DNA from: an uncultured Clostridium sp.
Lineage (GTDB): Bacteria; Bacillota; Clostridia; Christensenellales; CAG-138
Length of the DNA: 64,000 bases
Assembly (NCBI GenBank): GCA_964612925.1
Contig: CAZTFU010000005.1
Coordinates: 11,578 to 75,577 of the forward strand
Reading direction: 5' to 3'
Shown: positions 1 to 9,302 of the stretch, piece after piece
Numbering within the stretch: the stretch's first letter is position 1
How the letters are laid out: each line of letters begins with the position of its first letter
Program-made: the position numbers and the translations under genes
Notes under the pieces: model-generated
Database searches by the model: none
Told to the model about the DNA's origin: nothing
Seen by the model: only the letters and a program-made list of their open reading frames with translations

Positions 1-1657
1 GTATAAGGTATCCGCTGCCGTTTTGGTCATAGACCACCACGGGGCTTGACCACGGATAGCCCGCAAAGTTGCATTCCCATATAACGTGACCATCGGCCTT
101 TGAGAATGCGACAAGCTTGCCGCGATGACCGTCCGTCATTGCGACGGGAGCAAACACCATGTCGCTGAGGCTGCCCTTGCCTATTGCAAACGAGCCCTGC
201 ACACCGCCCGACACGCCCGATACCGTCTGGCAGGAATAATCGGTATTTTTCCAAACAATTCTGCCCGTTTCCGCATCAAGCTTCCAAATGGGTATGGACA
301 CCTTTGATGTTTCGGATGCACGCCAGCCGCTGTGGAACGAGGTTGAACAGTATATGTACGGATGACCGTTCTCGAGTTCAAGCACGGCAGTGCAGTTGGT
401 ATCATCCAGCACATCCTGTACCCACACAAGCTCAAGCGTATTCAAGTCAAGGCACATCATGTGTCCGCCGTTGTCGCTTATTATCAAATGACCGCGCCAT
501 ATTATCGCGCTGTCCTCCATGCCGAGCCACCAACCCTTTGACCCGTCATATGTGGCGGTGCTGTTGGTGCGCGAGCCGCTGTAACGCCACTTCACCACCT
601 CGGGCGATACGGATATGGTGCCCGCCGCGGCATCATAGTTTGTGTTCAGCTTTATCAAATAGAGTATGCCGTTTTCACCGGGATATATCAGCGTATCGGT
701 TTCGGCGTCCACGAGGGCCGAACTGTCAAAATAGGAAAGATCCCTAAGGCTGAAGCCGTCCTTTTCGCCAAACTCATAAAGCACCTTGCCGTCAATAAGG
801 CTGATTATCGATGCGTGGGATGAACCCGTTCCGTCATCCTTGCAGTCATCGCCCGACCCAAGATACATAAGCGGATATCCCCTCGGATCGAGTGCACCCG
901 CACCCTTGAACGGATAACGCCCCATATTAATCGGGTCACGAGTGCGTTCACCCGTATCAAGATCAAGGAAGTATATATGCCCATCCATCGTGGCATATAT
1001 AACCTCCACAAGATCCTTTTTATTCTTTGCCGAATCGTATAGATTCATTATACGCTTGGTTTCCTCAGGCCAACGAACTATAAGCGGCTGGCCCGTCCAG
1101 CCCGATCCCGTCCATGCGCCTGAGCCGTATACCTTAGGCACGCTGCCCGTGCTTACGGTCCATGCATTGGCATCATCAAGCGTTTTTTCGATTATGGTAG
1201 CCGTGCCGTACGCCGCATTGTCGCGGAAGTTATTGCCGCGGAATGTTATTATACCCTCAAGCTCGGTATAGTCGCTGCCGTTTCCGAAATCTATTTTTTC
1301 TTCGCGCTCATAGCTTTCAACAACAGTCCCGTTTACCTCAATTGCGGTCGTCATGCCGAAATCGCTCGGTCTTGTGCCCTCAACCGCATACGGGCTGAAT
1401 TCGGGCAGCGGTGTTGATGTGGGCTCCGGCGTAAGCTCCGGCTCAACGGTCTGCTCGGGCGTGGGCTCAGGTGTGTTCTTGTTGAAAAGCGAGTCGAGCA
1501 AGCCGACGTTGTTACTTTCCTTAGGATCATTATCCCCGTCATCACTGCCAAGGCTGCCAAGCACCAATATGCCAAGCGTAAGCACGATTATGAACAGTAC
1601 GAGTATTATCACAAATTTTGCCGTGACTCTGCGTCTTCTGCGGCGGCGTGTTTTCAT
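1..1657 (-). CDS. membrane-anchored PQQ-like (BamB-type) beta-propeller repeat protein; 3' end cut by window edge
   Basis: Own translation of the minus frame starting at ATG 1655-1657. It is absent from the ORF track because it runs off the window. It reads MKTRRRRRRRVTAKFVIILVLFIIVLTLGILVLG (TM anchor), then a Pro/Thr/Glu linker, then propeller-like blades (ATMDGHIYFLDLDTGE, GHLIISDNGGHMMCLDLNTLELVW, WKLDAETGRIVWK, AFSKADGHVIWE). About 552 codons are open with no stop. Confidence 0.7.
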   Translation of the reverse strand, partial: MKTRRRRRRRVTAKFVIILVLFIIVLTLGILVLGSLGSDDGDNDPKESNNVGLLDSLFNKNTPEPTPEQTVEPELTPEPTSTPLPEFSPYAVEGTRPSDFGMTTAIEVNGTVVESYEREEKIDFGNGSDYTELEGIITFRGNNFRDNAAYGTATIIEKTLDDANAWTVSTGSVPKVYGSGAWTGSGWTGQPLIVRWPEETKRIMNLYDSAKNKKDLVEVIYATMDGHIYFLDLDTGERTRDPINMGRYPFKGAGALDPRGYPLMYLGSGDDCKDDGTGSSHASIISLIDGKVLYEFGEKDGFSLRDLSYFDSSALVDAETDTLIYPGENGILYLIKLNTNYDAAAGTISVSPEVVKWRYSGSRTNSTATYDGSKGWWLGMEDSAIIWRGHLIISDNGGHMMCLDLNTLELVWVQDVLDDTNCTAVLELENGHPYIYCSTSFHSGWRASETSKVSIPIWKLDAETGRIVWKNTDYSCQTVSGVSGGVQGSFAIGKGSLSDMVFAPVAMTDGHRGKLVAFSKADGHVIWECNFAGYPWSSPVVVYDQNGSGYLI

Positions 1658-1911
1658 GTTCAAACAATACCTTTCTGCTTATGTTTATTCTTTATGATTA
1701 TACTCCACAGTTCTTTCCACTTCAACCCATACAGTTTTTACCATTTTGTAAACATTTATGCGCGTGTAACATAAGGCACTGTTTACTTTATGCGCCGTAT
1801 TATGATAAAATCAGATAGTATTAGAATAAGGTTATTATGCCTCTATGCAATACGAAGAAAACATCGATTGCCAAAAGGGCTTTTCGGACCAAATTACGGG
1901 AGGTCGTATAC

Positions 1912-2847
1912 ATGAATCTGCTTCATCTTAAATATGCCGTTGTCGTTGCCGAAACGAATTCGGTCACAAAGGCCGCGGAAATTCTCTTTACCGCACAGCC
2001 GAACCTGAGTCGAGCCATAAAGGAGCTTGAAACGGGGCTTGGCATTTCCATATTCCGCCGCACGCCCAAAGGGATATTCCCTACTCCGCAGGGTGAGGAA
2101 TTCCTTATTTATGCCCGCAGGATACTCGCTCAGGTTGACGCGATGGAGGCCATGTACAAAAGCGGCGTTGAAAAGGTGCCTCAGTTTTCCATATCCGTAC
2201 CGAGCGCAGGATATATAACATTGGCTTTTGGCAATTTCTGCAAGGGGCTTGAGGGATCTAAGCGCGCCGAGGTTATATTTACCGCGGCAACGCAAACGCG
2301 CACCATAAGCAACGTAACCGATAACGGCTACAATCTCGGCATACTGCGCTGCAAAAACTCCCAGGAGCAGAACCTTAAAGCACTGCTTATAGAAAAGGAT
2401 CTGCGCTTTGAGCTGATATGCGAATTCACCCCCGTAATTACAATGTCCGCAACACATCCGCTTGCTGATAAGTCAAGCATAGACCACGGTGACCTTTACA
2501 GTTGCTGTGAAATAGCCATTGCAGACGCAAATGCCCCGTCATTGCAACTTAGCATTGCCCGCAAGAACGATATAGATTTTGATACCGCACAGCATGTTTT
2601 CGTGGGTGATTGCAGCAGCGCATTATCCATGCTGAACACTGTACACGGCTCATTCACGTTCTCCTCCCCCATGCCCGAACAGGAGCTTAAACGGCGCGGA
2701 TTGGTACAGCGCACCTACGCCCCCGCAGGCACCGTATATCGCGATATTCTCATATATAAATCGGGTTATCAGCTTTCTTCGCTTGACAATGCATTTATAG
2801 ATGAGCTTATGAAAGTAAAACGGTCTATGAAATTGACACTTGATTGA
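1912..2847 (+). CDS. LysR-family transcriptional regulator
   Basis: Track ORF 1837..2847. The start is moved to ATG 1912, which lies behind GGGAGG (1897-1902). The N-terminal HTH MNLLHLKYAVVVAETNSVTKAAEILFTAQPNLSRAIKELE is the LysR signature, and a substrate-binding-type C-terminal half follows. Confidence 0.85.
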   Translation: MNLLHLKYAVVVAETNSVTKAAEILFTAQPNLSRAIKELETGLGISIFRRTPKGIFPTPQGEEFLIYARRILAQVDAMEAMYKSGVEKVPQFSISVPSAGYITLAFGNFCKGLEGSKRAEVIFTAATQTRTISNVTDNGYNLGILRCKNSQEQNLKALLIEKDLRFELICEFTPVITMSATHPLADKSSIDHGDLYSCCEIAIADANAPSLQLSIARKNDIDFDTAQHVFVGDCSSALSMLNTVHGSFTFSSPMPEQELKRRGLVQRTYAPAGTVYRDILIYKSGYQLSSLDNAFIDELMKVKRSMKLTLD

Positions 2848-2988
2848 CAGTTTTCATACATCAATCTAACTATATGTGTTTACAGAACGGGTTTTATTTG
2901 ATATCATATAAGCAGGCTTTATGAATAGGCTGAGTTATTATGTCTGTTTGGGCCGAATAACGTTGTTTAAGGAGATTTGCCTCATATA

Positions 2989-3744
2989 ATGAGCATTGCC
3001 GCGGACAGGATAATAGCCGTAAGCACCGGAAAAACCGTCTATAAGGACGGGGATTCCGTTATAAAGCTTTTCTGCCGCCCGTATACCAAGGCAAGCGTTA
3101 TGCTTGAGGCATTCAATCAGACACAGTTTGAGGCGGCCGGTTTAAGTGTGCCGCGCATACAGGAAATATTTCCTTCAAGCGGCGGCTGGGCCATTCGTTA
3201 TGAGTATGCGCACGGCAAAACCATGGCTCGCCTTGTGGAGGATCAACCTGAGGATACCCAAGCCTTGCTTATGCGGCTTATAAAGATCCAGCGCAGTATT
3301 GCCGCATGCAATGCGCCGTTGCTCCCCCCGCTTACGGATAAGCTGCACAGGGAGATAACGTTCGGCATATCGGATCCCACACTGCGCGCAAGGCTGTATG
3401 CAATACTCTATCGCCTGCCCGATGGGAACGCCGCCTGCCACGGTGCGCTTGCGCCGCGTGATATCATAATTGCGGAGGATGGGGCGTTCAGCGTGCTCAA
3501 CTGGGCAAACGCCGCACGGGGCAACTATATTTTTGACGTTGCGGACACTTATCTTCAGCTTATGCTTGACGAATTGAACTCAAGCGCAAAGCTTTGTACG
3601 CAGTACCTTAAACTATTCAGTGCAAATGACGCGGCGCTTGAACGCTGTGTTACGGATTTTCTGCCGATATGTGCCGCCGCACGCTTCGGCAGGGCAAACG
3701 AACGGGAACGGGCCATACTCAGCGGCTTTATCCCCGAAAAATAA
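2989..3744 (+). CDS. aminoglycoside/choline-kinase-fold (APH-like) protein, catalytic motifs degenerate (possible pseudokinase)
   Basis: Track ORF 2977..3744 (TTG). ATG 2989 is better spaced from AAGGAG (2969-2974). The N-lobe looks like a kinase (GKTVYKDGDSVIKLF). Where APH-type kinases carry HGDxxxxN and a (I/V)D(W/F/L) metal-binding Asp, this ORF reads CHGALAPRDIII and VLNWANAARGNYIFDVAD. Confidence 0.6.
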   Translation: MSIAADRIIAVSTGKTVYKDGDSVIKLFCRPYTKASVMLEAFNQTQFEAAGLSVPRIQEIFPSSGGWAIRYEYAHGKTMARLVEDQPEDTQALLMRLIKIQRSIAACNAPLLPPLTDKLHREITFGISDPTLRARLYAILYRLPDGNAACHGALAPRDIIIAEDGAFSVLNWANAARGNYIFDVADTYLQLMLDELNSSAKLCTQYLKLFSANDAALERCVTDFLPICAAARFGRANERERAILSGFIPEK

Positions 3745-3774
3745 ATAAATACAAGTAAAAAGGAGAACTGAGCA

Positions 3775-4020
3775 ATGAAGATCACCATCTGTATCGGCAG
3801 CTCTTGCCACATTAAAGGCTCTCGCCAAGTAGTGGAACAGCTGCAGGCCCTTGTAAGCGAAAACGGACTTATGAACAGAATTGAGCTTACCGGCACGTTT
3901 TGCATAGGCCAGTGTCAAAGCGGCGTAAACGTGCTGATAGATGGTGAACGCTTTTCGGTCACGCCGGATACCACGGCCTCCTTCTTCAATAATGAGGTCA
4001 TGCCAAGGTTGGGTACATAG
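3775..4020 (+). CDS. small thioredoxin-like [2Fe-2S] ferredoxin (HfsA-like)
   Basis: 81 aa with RBS AAAGGAG upstream. There are four Cys in a C-x4-C...C-x3-C layout (CIGSSCH ... FCIGQCQ). It is a paralog of ORF 10998..11252. Confidence 0.75.
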   Translation: MKITICIGSSCHIKGSRQVVEQLQALVSENGLMNRIELTGTFCIGQCQSGVNVLIDGERFSVTPDTTASFFNNEVMPRLGT

Positions 4021-4041
4021 TACGCCGCTTAAGGAGCAGCT

Positions 4042-5715
4042 ATGGAATACATAACATTCAAAAAATCGAATTGCAAAAACTGCCATAAATGTATTCGCTA
4101 TTGTCCCGTAAAGTCCATACGCTTTTCGGGCAATCAGGCCAACGTTATAAGTGACGAATGTATTCTTTGCGGAGAATGCTATGTTGTTTGTCCCCAAAAT
4201 GCAAAGCAAATAGTTGACGAAACGGAGCTTGTGGGCGTAATGCTCTCCTCCGACACACCCGTATACGCAAGCATAGCGCCAAGCTTTACCGCTTTTTTTG
4301 ACGGTGTGGGCATCGAACCCATGCGTGAAGCGCTCTTGAAACTCGGCTTTACCGGCGTTGAGGAAACCGCAATAGGCGCAACATATGTAAAGCGCGAATA
4401 TGAGCGCATTTCAAAAGAAGGCACACAGAGTATAGTAATAACCTCCTGCTGTCCCACGATAAATCTTCTTATAGAAAAATACTACCCGGAGCTTACCGAT
4501 TGTCTCGCCCCCGTAATGACGCCGATGCAGGCGCACTGTACAGACATGCGGCGGCGCTATGGCAATGTAAAAACCATATTTATAGGCCCCTGCCTTTCAA
4601 AGAAAAACGAAGCGGAACGTGTTGGTGTCGATGCGGCGCTTACCTTTACGGAGCTTGCATCCATGCTACAAAAGAAGGGTATAGAGCTTGAAAAGCGGCG
4701 CGATCACGATGAAAAGACCCGTGCGCGGCTTTTTCCGACAAGCGGTGGCGTGCTTAACACGATGACATATAAGAATCCCGACTATGATTATTACACCATA
4801 GACGGGCTTGATAACGTTATTCCCGCACTTGAGGATATCCGTAACGGCGGGATAAAGAACTGCTTCATCGAAATGTCCGCCTGCGCGGGCAGCTGTGTGC
4901 GCGGCCCCATCATGCGCAGGAATCACCCCTCTTCCGTAAGGGACTATCAGGCCGTGGCAAGCTATGCCGGCAGTGAGGATTTTGACGTTGAACAGCCGGA
5001 CATACTTTCGCTTGTAAACAAATACCGCAGTACTGTTTTGCACAAGGCAAAGCCGAGCCATACCGAGCTTATGGAAATACTGCGTCAGATGGGCAAGCTT
5101 ACAAAGGATGATGAGCTCAACTGCGGCACCTGCGGCTACAATACCTGCCGCGATAAAGCGGAAGCCATATATCAGGGCAAGGCGGAAATAAATATGTGTC
5201 TTCCCTACCTTATGGAAAAATCCGAACGCTTTACCGGCAACATACTCGACAACACGCCAAACGGCATACTTGTCGTGAACGATTCATACGAGATACAGCA
5301 GCTGAACCGCGCCGCAATGCGCATGCTGCACGTTCATTCAAGGGGAGACGTGATGGGTGAACCGCTTATACGCCTTATCGACCCGATAGATTTTATAAAC
5401 GCTTCCCAATACGGAAAGCACATAAAGAACAAGCGTGACTATTATGCTGAATACGATATCTATCTTGAATTGACCATAGTCAACGATAAAAAGTCGGGCA
5501 ACCTTATCGGCATATTCCGTGACGTTACCGATGAAGAAAGCGAACGCAAAAGCAAGGAAGCACTAAGCCGCCAGACCATTGAAACCGCGGACAAGGTCGT
5601 GGACAAGCAGATGCGCATAGTGCAGGAAATAGCATCCCTGCTGGGTGAAACGGCCGCCGAAACCAAGATCGCCTTAACAAAGCTGAAGGAGTCCATTGCA
5701 AATGATGACGGCTAA
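4042..5715 (+). CDS. hydS: sensory (group C-type) [FeFe]-hydrogenase HydS with C-terminal PAS domain
   Basis: Two N-terminal 4Fe-4S motifs are present (CKNCHKCIRYCP, CILCGECYVVCP). H-cluster-like motifs are TSCCP, GPCLSKKNE and EMSACAGSCVRGP. An extra Cx2Cx4Cx16C motif follows (CGTCGYNTCRDKAEAIYQGKAEINMC). The C-terminus is PAS-like (TGNILDNTPNGILVVNDSYEIQQLNRAAMRML...). Confidence 0.85.
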   Translation: MEYITFKKSNCKNCHKCIRYCPVKSIRFSGNQANVISDECILCGECYVVCPQNAKQIVDETELVGVMLSSDTPVYASIAPSFTAFFDGVGIEPMREALLKLGFTGVEETAIGATYVKREYERISKEGTQSIVITSCCPTINLLIEKYYPELTDCLAPVMTPMQAHCTDMRRRYGNVKTIFIGPCLSKKNEAERVGVDAALTFTELASMLQKKGIELEKRRDHDEKTRARLFPTSGGVLNTMTYKNPDYDYYTIDGLDNVIPALEDIRNGGIKNCFIEMSACAGSCVRGPIMRRNHPSSVRDYQAVASYAGSEDFDVEQPDILSLVNKYRSTVLHKAKPSHTELMEILRQMGKLTKDDELNCGTCGYNTCRDKAEAIYQGKAEINMCLPYLMEKSERFTGNILDNTPNGILVVNDSYEIQQLNRAAMRMLHVHSRGDVMGEPLIRLIDPIDFINASQYGKHIKNKRDYYAEYDIYLELTIVNDKKSGNLIGIFRDVTDEESERKSKEALSRQTIETADKVVDKQMRIVQEIASLLGETAAETKIALTKLKESIANDDG

Positions 5716-6886
5716 CAACCTTTGCGCGGATATAGGCTACCTCAGCATAAATCATGACGGCGAACAGCTTTGCGGCGACCATGTCGAAATAGTCGAGCCC
5801 GAGGACGGTGAATCGACAATAGTCGTGCTTGCGGACGGGCTTGGCAGCGGCGTTAAGGCCAGCATATTATCAACGCTTACCTCAAAGATTCTTTCCACCA
5901 TGCTTGCAGCGGGATTAAAGCTTGAGGACGCGGTAGAAACGCTTGTTGAAACGCTTCCCGTGTGCTCCGTAAGGAAAGTAGCATATTCAACCTTCACCAT
6001 AATCCAAATAGCAAGTAACAAGAAGGTTGAAATAATACAGTACGATAACCCGCCCGTCATAATGCTCAGGAACGGCAAAAGCGTTGACATCCCGTTCCAT
6101 GACAGCTTTATCGGCGGCAAAAAGGTGCTCAAGGCGGAGCTTGACGTTCAGGAGCACGACACATTCCTTGCGTTTTCGGACGGAGTGGAGCACGCCGGCA
6201 TAGGTTTGAGCTACAACTTTGGTTGGAAGCGTGAGGATATAATAGACTACATCACGTCGTTTTGGGATGTGGGGTACACGGCAAAAACGCTTTCCACCAT
6301 ATTGATAGGCGAGACAAACCGCCTTTATGACGGAAAGCCCGGCGACGATGCAACCGTATGCACGGTCAGGATACGCAGGCGCGAACCCGTAAGCCTTATA
6401 ATAGGCCCGCCTTCAAACCGCGATGATTGCAGCAAGATGATGGCCCTGTTCTTCGCAAAGGAGGGCAAGCATATAGTGTGCGGCGGCACGACAAGCACAA
6501 TAGCCGCCGAATACCTAAAAAAACCGCTGCGCCCGAACCTTGAATTCCACGACCCTTCCATTCCGCCAACGGCGGAAATAGAGGGAGTTGACCTTGTTAC
6601 CGAGGGCGTGGTTACCATAAACAGGGTGCTTGAATATGCCATAAACTACCTTGCGGACAACACTTCATTTGAAAAGTGGAGCTACAAGAAGGACGGTGCA
6701 AGCAGGATAGCCAGAATGCTTTTTGAGGATGCGACGGACATCAACTTTTTCGTTGGCAAGGCCGTTAACCCCGCACACCAGAACACGGACCTTCCGATAA
6801 ACTTCACCATAAAGATGCAGTTGGTAAGGGAGTTGGCAAGGTGCCTTGAAAAGATGGGAAAAAAGATTAACGTAAGTTATTTTTAA
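5702..6886 (+). CDS. SpoIIE/PP2C-family serine phosphatase
   Basis: Track ORF 5696..6886 (TTG). ATG 5702 lies 10 nt after AAGGAG and overlaps the hydS stop by 14 nt, suggesting translational coupling. PP2C/SpoIIE motifs are LADGLGSGVKAS, FLAFSDGVEHAG and GDDATVCTV. Confidence 0.85.
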   Translation: MMTANNLCADIGYLSINHDGEQLCGDHVEIVEPEDGESTIVVLADGLGSGVKASILSTLTSKILSTMLAAGLKLEDAVETLVETLPVCSVRKVAYSTFTIIQIASNKKVEIIQYDNPPVIMLRNGKSVDIPFHDSFIGGKKVLKAELDVQEHDTFLAFSDGVEHAGIGLSYNFGWKREDIIDYITSFWDVGYTAKTLSTILIGETNRLYDGKPGDDATVCTVRIRRREPVSLIIGPPSNRDDCSKMMALFFAKEGKHIVCGGTTSTIAAEYLKKPLRPNLEFHDPSIPPTAEIEGVDLVTEGVVTINRVLEYAINYLADNTSFEKWSYKKDGASRIARMLFEDATDINFFVGKAVNPAHQNTDLPINFTIKMQLVRELARCLEKMGKKINVSYF

Positions 6887-6938
6887 TAAAAATTTTTGCT
6901 TATTAAAAGCAAATACATTCAGGAGGATCTTTAGAACG

Positions 6939-7415
6939 ATGGAAACCCAATTCGACTTCGCCGTGGTCGACAGTATTGTTGACGATTACGGTGCTAAGCC
7001 AAGTGCTATCATTGCCATATTGCAGGCAATACAGGAGCACTACCATTATTTGCCGCGTGAGATTTTCGAGCATCTTTCAAAGAGGCTCGGCGTTCCCTGC
7101 GCGAGCATCTACTCGGTGGCAACTTTTTACGAGAACTTCTCCCTTGAGCCCAAGGGCAAGTACGTAATAAAGTGCTGCGACGGTACTGCGTGCCATGTCC
7201 GCGGCTCCACGCCCATTTTGGAAAGGCTTAGAAGCGAGCTTGGTCTCTCTGCTCAAAAAGCCACCACGGATGACCTCATGTTTACGGTAGAAACCGTATC
7301 CTGCCTTGGCGCATGCGGCCTTGCACCGGTAATTACCGTTAACGATAAGGTGCACCCTGCCATGACTCCGGACAAGGCGTCCGAACTGATAAAGCACCTG
7401 AAGGAGGAAGGCTGA
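6939..7415 (+). CDS. hydC: bifurcating [FeFe]-hydrogenase NuoE-like 2Fe-2S subunit
   Basis: NuoE/HndA-type sequence with cysteines in CCDGTACHVRG and VSCLGACGLAP. RBS AGGAGG lies upstream. Confidence 0.9.
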   Translation: METQFDFAVVDSIVDDYGAKPSAIIAILQAIQEHYHYLPREIFEHLSKRLGVPCASIYSVATFYENFSLEPKGKYVIKCCDGTACHVRGSTPILERLRSELGLSAQKATTDDLMFTVETVSCLGACGLAPVITVNDKVHPAMTPDKASELIKHLKEEG

Positions 7416-7416
7416 T

Positions 7417-9297
7417 ATGCTGCACAACAGAGAAGAGCTTATTAAAGAACGCAGTGTTTGCGCGGAAAGCTTTGCCGAACAGAAGCGCAAAATACTTGTT
7501 TGCGCGGGCACGGGCTGTATAGCCGGCGGTTCACTTAACATATATGCCGAACTGAAGCGTCTGCTTGGCGAAAACGGCATACCCTGCACCGTTGAGCTTG
7601 CGGACGAACCCCATGACCACGAAGAGTCCGTAGGTCTTAAAAAGAGCGGTTGCCACGGCTTCTGCGAAATGGGTCCCCTTGTGCGTATTGAACCCGAGGG
7701 TTGGCTTTATACCAAGGTAAAGGTTGAGGACTGCAAGGAAATAGTCGAACGCACCATAATGAACGGTGAGCATATAGAACGCCTTGCCTATCAAAAGGGC
7801 GGCGTTGTGCGCAAGCGCCAGGAGGATATTCCTTTCTATAAGAAGCAAACCCGTATAGTGCTTGAGCACTGCGGCCATATCGATGCCACTTCAATACGCG
7901 AATACCTTGCAATAGGCGGATATACCGCATTTGAAAAGGCCCTGTTCGATATGACTCCCGATGATATCATAAGGACCATATCCGATTCCAATCTGCGCGG
8001 TCGTGGCGGCGGAGGATTCCCCACCGGTCGCAAGTGGAGTCAGGTTGCAAGGCAGAAATCCCCTGTTAAGTACATAGTCTGTAACGGCGACGAGGGCGAC
8101 CCCGGTGCATTCATGGATCGTTCCATAATGGAAGGTGACCCGCACAGAATGCTCGAGGGCATGATGGTCGCAGGTCTTGCCTGCGGTGCGCATGACGGTT
8201 ACATCTACGTTCGTGCCGAATACCCCATGGCCGTTGACAGGCTGAAAAACGCCATTGCTCAGGCCGAAGAAATGGGTCTTTTGGGCGACAATATACTCGG
8301 CAGCGGTTTTGATTTCCATATGCACATCAACAAGGGTGCCGGCGCATTCGTTTGCGGCGAAGGCAGTGCACTTACCGCATCGATAGAGGGTAAGCGTGGC
8401 TTCCCCCGCGTAAAGCCTCCGCGCACGGTTGAACACGGTCTTTTCAACGAGCCCACCGTGCTGAACAACGTTGAAACGTTTGCCAACGTTCCCCAGATAA
8501 TCATAAAGGGTGCCGATTGGTATAAATCCATAGGTCCCGAAAACAGCCCCGGCACCAAGGCATTCGCCCTTACCGGCAACATTGAAAACACCGGTCTTAT
8601 CGAGGTGCCCATGGGTACAACGCTTGAAGAAGTCATATACGGCGTTGGCGGCGGTATGCGCGGCGGAAGCGAATTCAAGGCCGTGCAGATCGGCGGTCCG
8701 AGCGGCGGCTGCCTTACCACCGAACACCTGAAGATACCCCTTGACTTCGATTCCCTCAAGAAGGTCGGCGCAATGATCGGCTCCGGCGGACTTGTTGTTA
8801 TGGATAGCAAGACCTGCATGGTCGAGGTGGCTCGTTTCTTCATGAACTTTACCCAGAACGAATCCTGCGGTAAGTGCGTACCCTGCCGTGAAGGTACCAA
8901 GCGTATGCTTGAGGTGCTTGAGCGCATAGTTGCGGGCAAGGGTCAGGACGGTGATATAGAGTTGCTTGAGGATCTTGCGGACACCATTTCCGCGGCGGCA
9001 CTGTGCGGCCTCGGCAAGACTGCACCGAGCCCCGTACTCAGCACGCTAAAGTATTTCCGCGAAGAATACGAAGCGCATATCTATGATAAGCGCTGCCCGG
9101 CGGGTGTTTGCTCCAAGCTCAAGAGGATACATATCGATCCCGAGCTTTGCCGCGGCTGTTCCCGCTGCGCCAAGGGCTGCCCGGTCGGCGCAATATCCGG
9201 CCAGATCAAATCCCCCTTCGTCATTGACGAAAAGAAGTGCATAAAGTGCGGCGCGTGCGTATCCACCTGCGCATTCCACGCCATTAAGGAGGACTGA
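7417..9297 (+). CDS. hydB: bifurcating [FeFe]-hydrogenase NuoF-like flavoprotein subunit
   Basis: N-terminal Trx-like 2Fe-2S domain (VCAGTGCIAGG ... CHGFCEMGP). FMN/NADH site GRGGGGFPTGRKW. NuoF 4Fe-4S motif ESCGKCVPCREG. Two C-terminal CxxCxxCxxxCP motifs. The start lies 1 nt after the hydC stop. Confidence 0.92.
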   Translation: MLHNREELIKERSVCAESFAEQKRKILVCAGTGCIAGGSLNIYAELKRLLGENGIPCTVELADEPHDHEESVGLKKSGCHGFCEMGPLVRIEPEGWLYTKVKVEDCKEIVERTIMNGEHIERLAYQKGGVVRKRQEDIPFYKKQTRIVLEHCGHIDATSIREYLAIGGYTAFEKALFDMTPDDIIRTISDSNLRGRGGGGFPTGRKWSQVARQKSPVKYIVCNGDEGDPGAFMDRSIMEGDPHRMLEGMMVAGLACGAHDGYIYVRAEYPMAVDRLKNAIAQAEEMGLLGDNILGSGFDFHMHINKGAGAFVCGEGSALTASIEGKRGFPRVKPPRTVEHGLFNEPTVLNNVETFANVPQIIIKGADWYKSIGPENSPGTKAFALTGNIENTGLIEVPMGTTLEEVIYGVGGGMRGGSEFKAVQIGGPSGGCLTTEHLKIPLDFDSLKKVGAMIGSGGLVVMDSKTCMVEVARFFMNFTQNESCGKCVPCREGTKRMLEVLERIVAGKGQDGDIELLEDLADTISAAALCGLGKTAPSPVLSTLKYFREEYEAHIYDKRCPAGVCSKLKRIHIDPELCRGCSRCAKGCPVGAISGQIKSPFVIDEKKCIKCGACVSTCAFHAIKED

Positions 9298-9302
9298 GCA
9301 AA

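Noticed and set aside
6894-6913. Hairpin TTTGCT-tattaaa-AGCAAA between the PP2C gene and hydC as an internal terminator.
   Set aside because: It is only a 6-bp A/T-rich stem with no following U tract, which is too weak to call.
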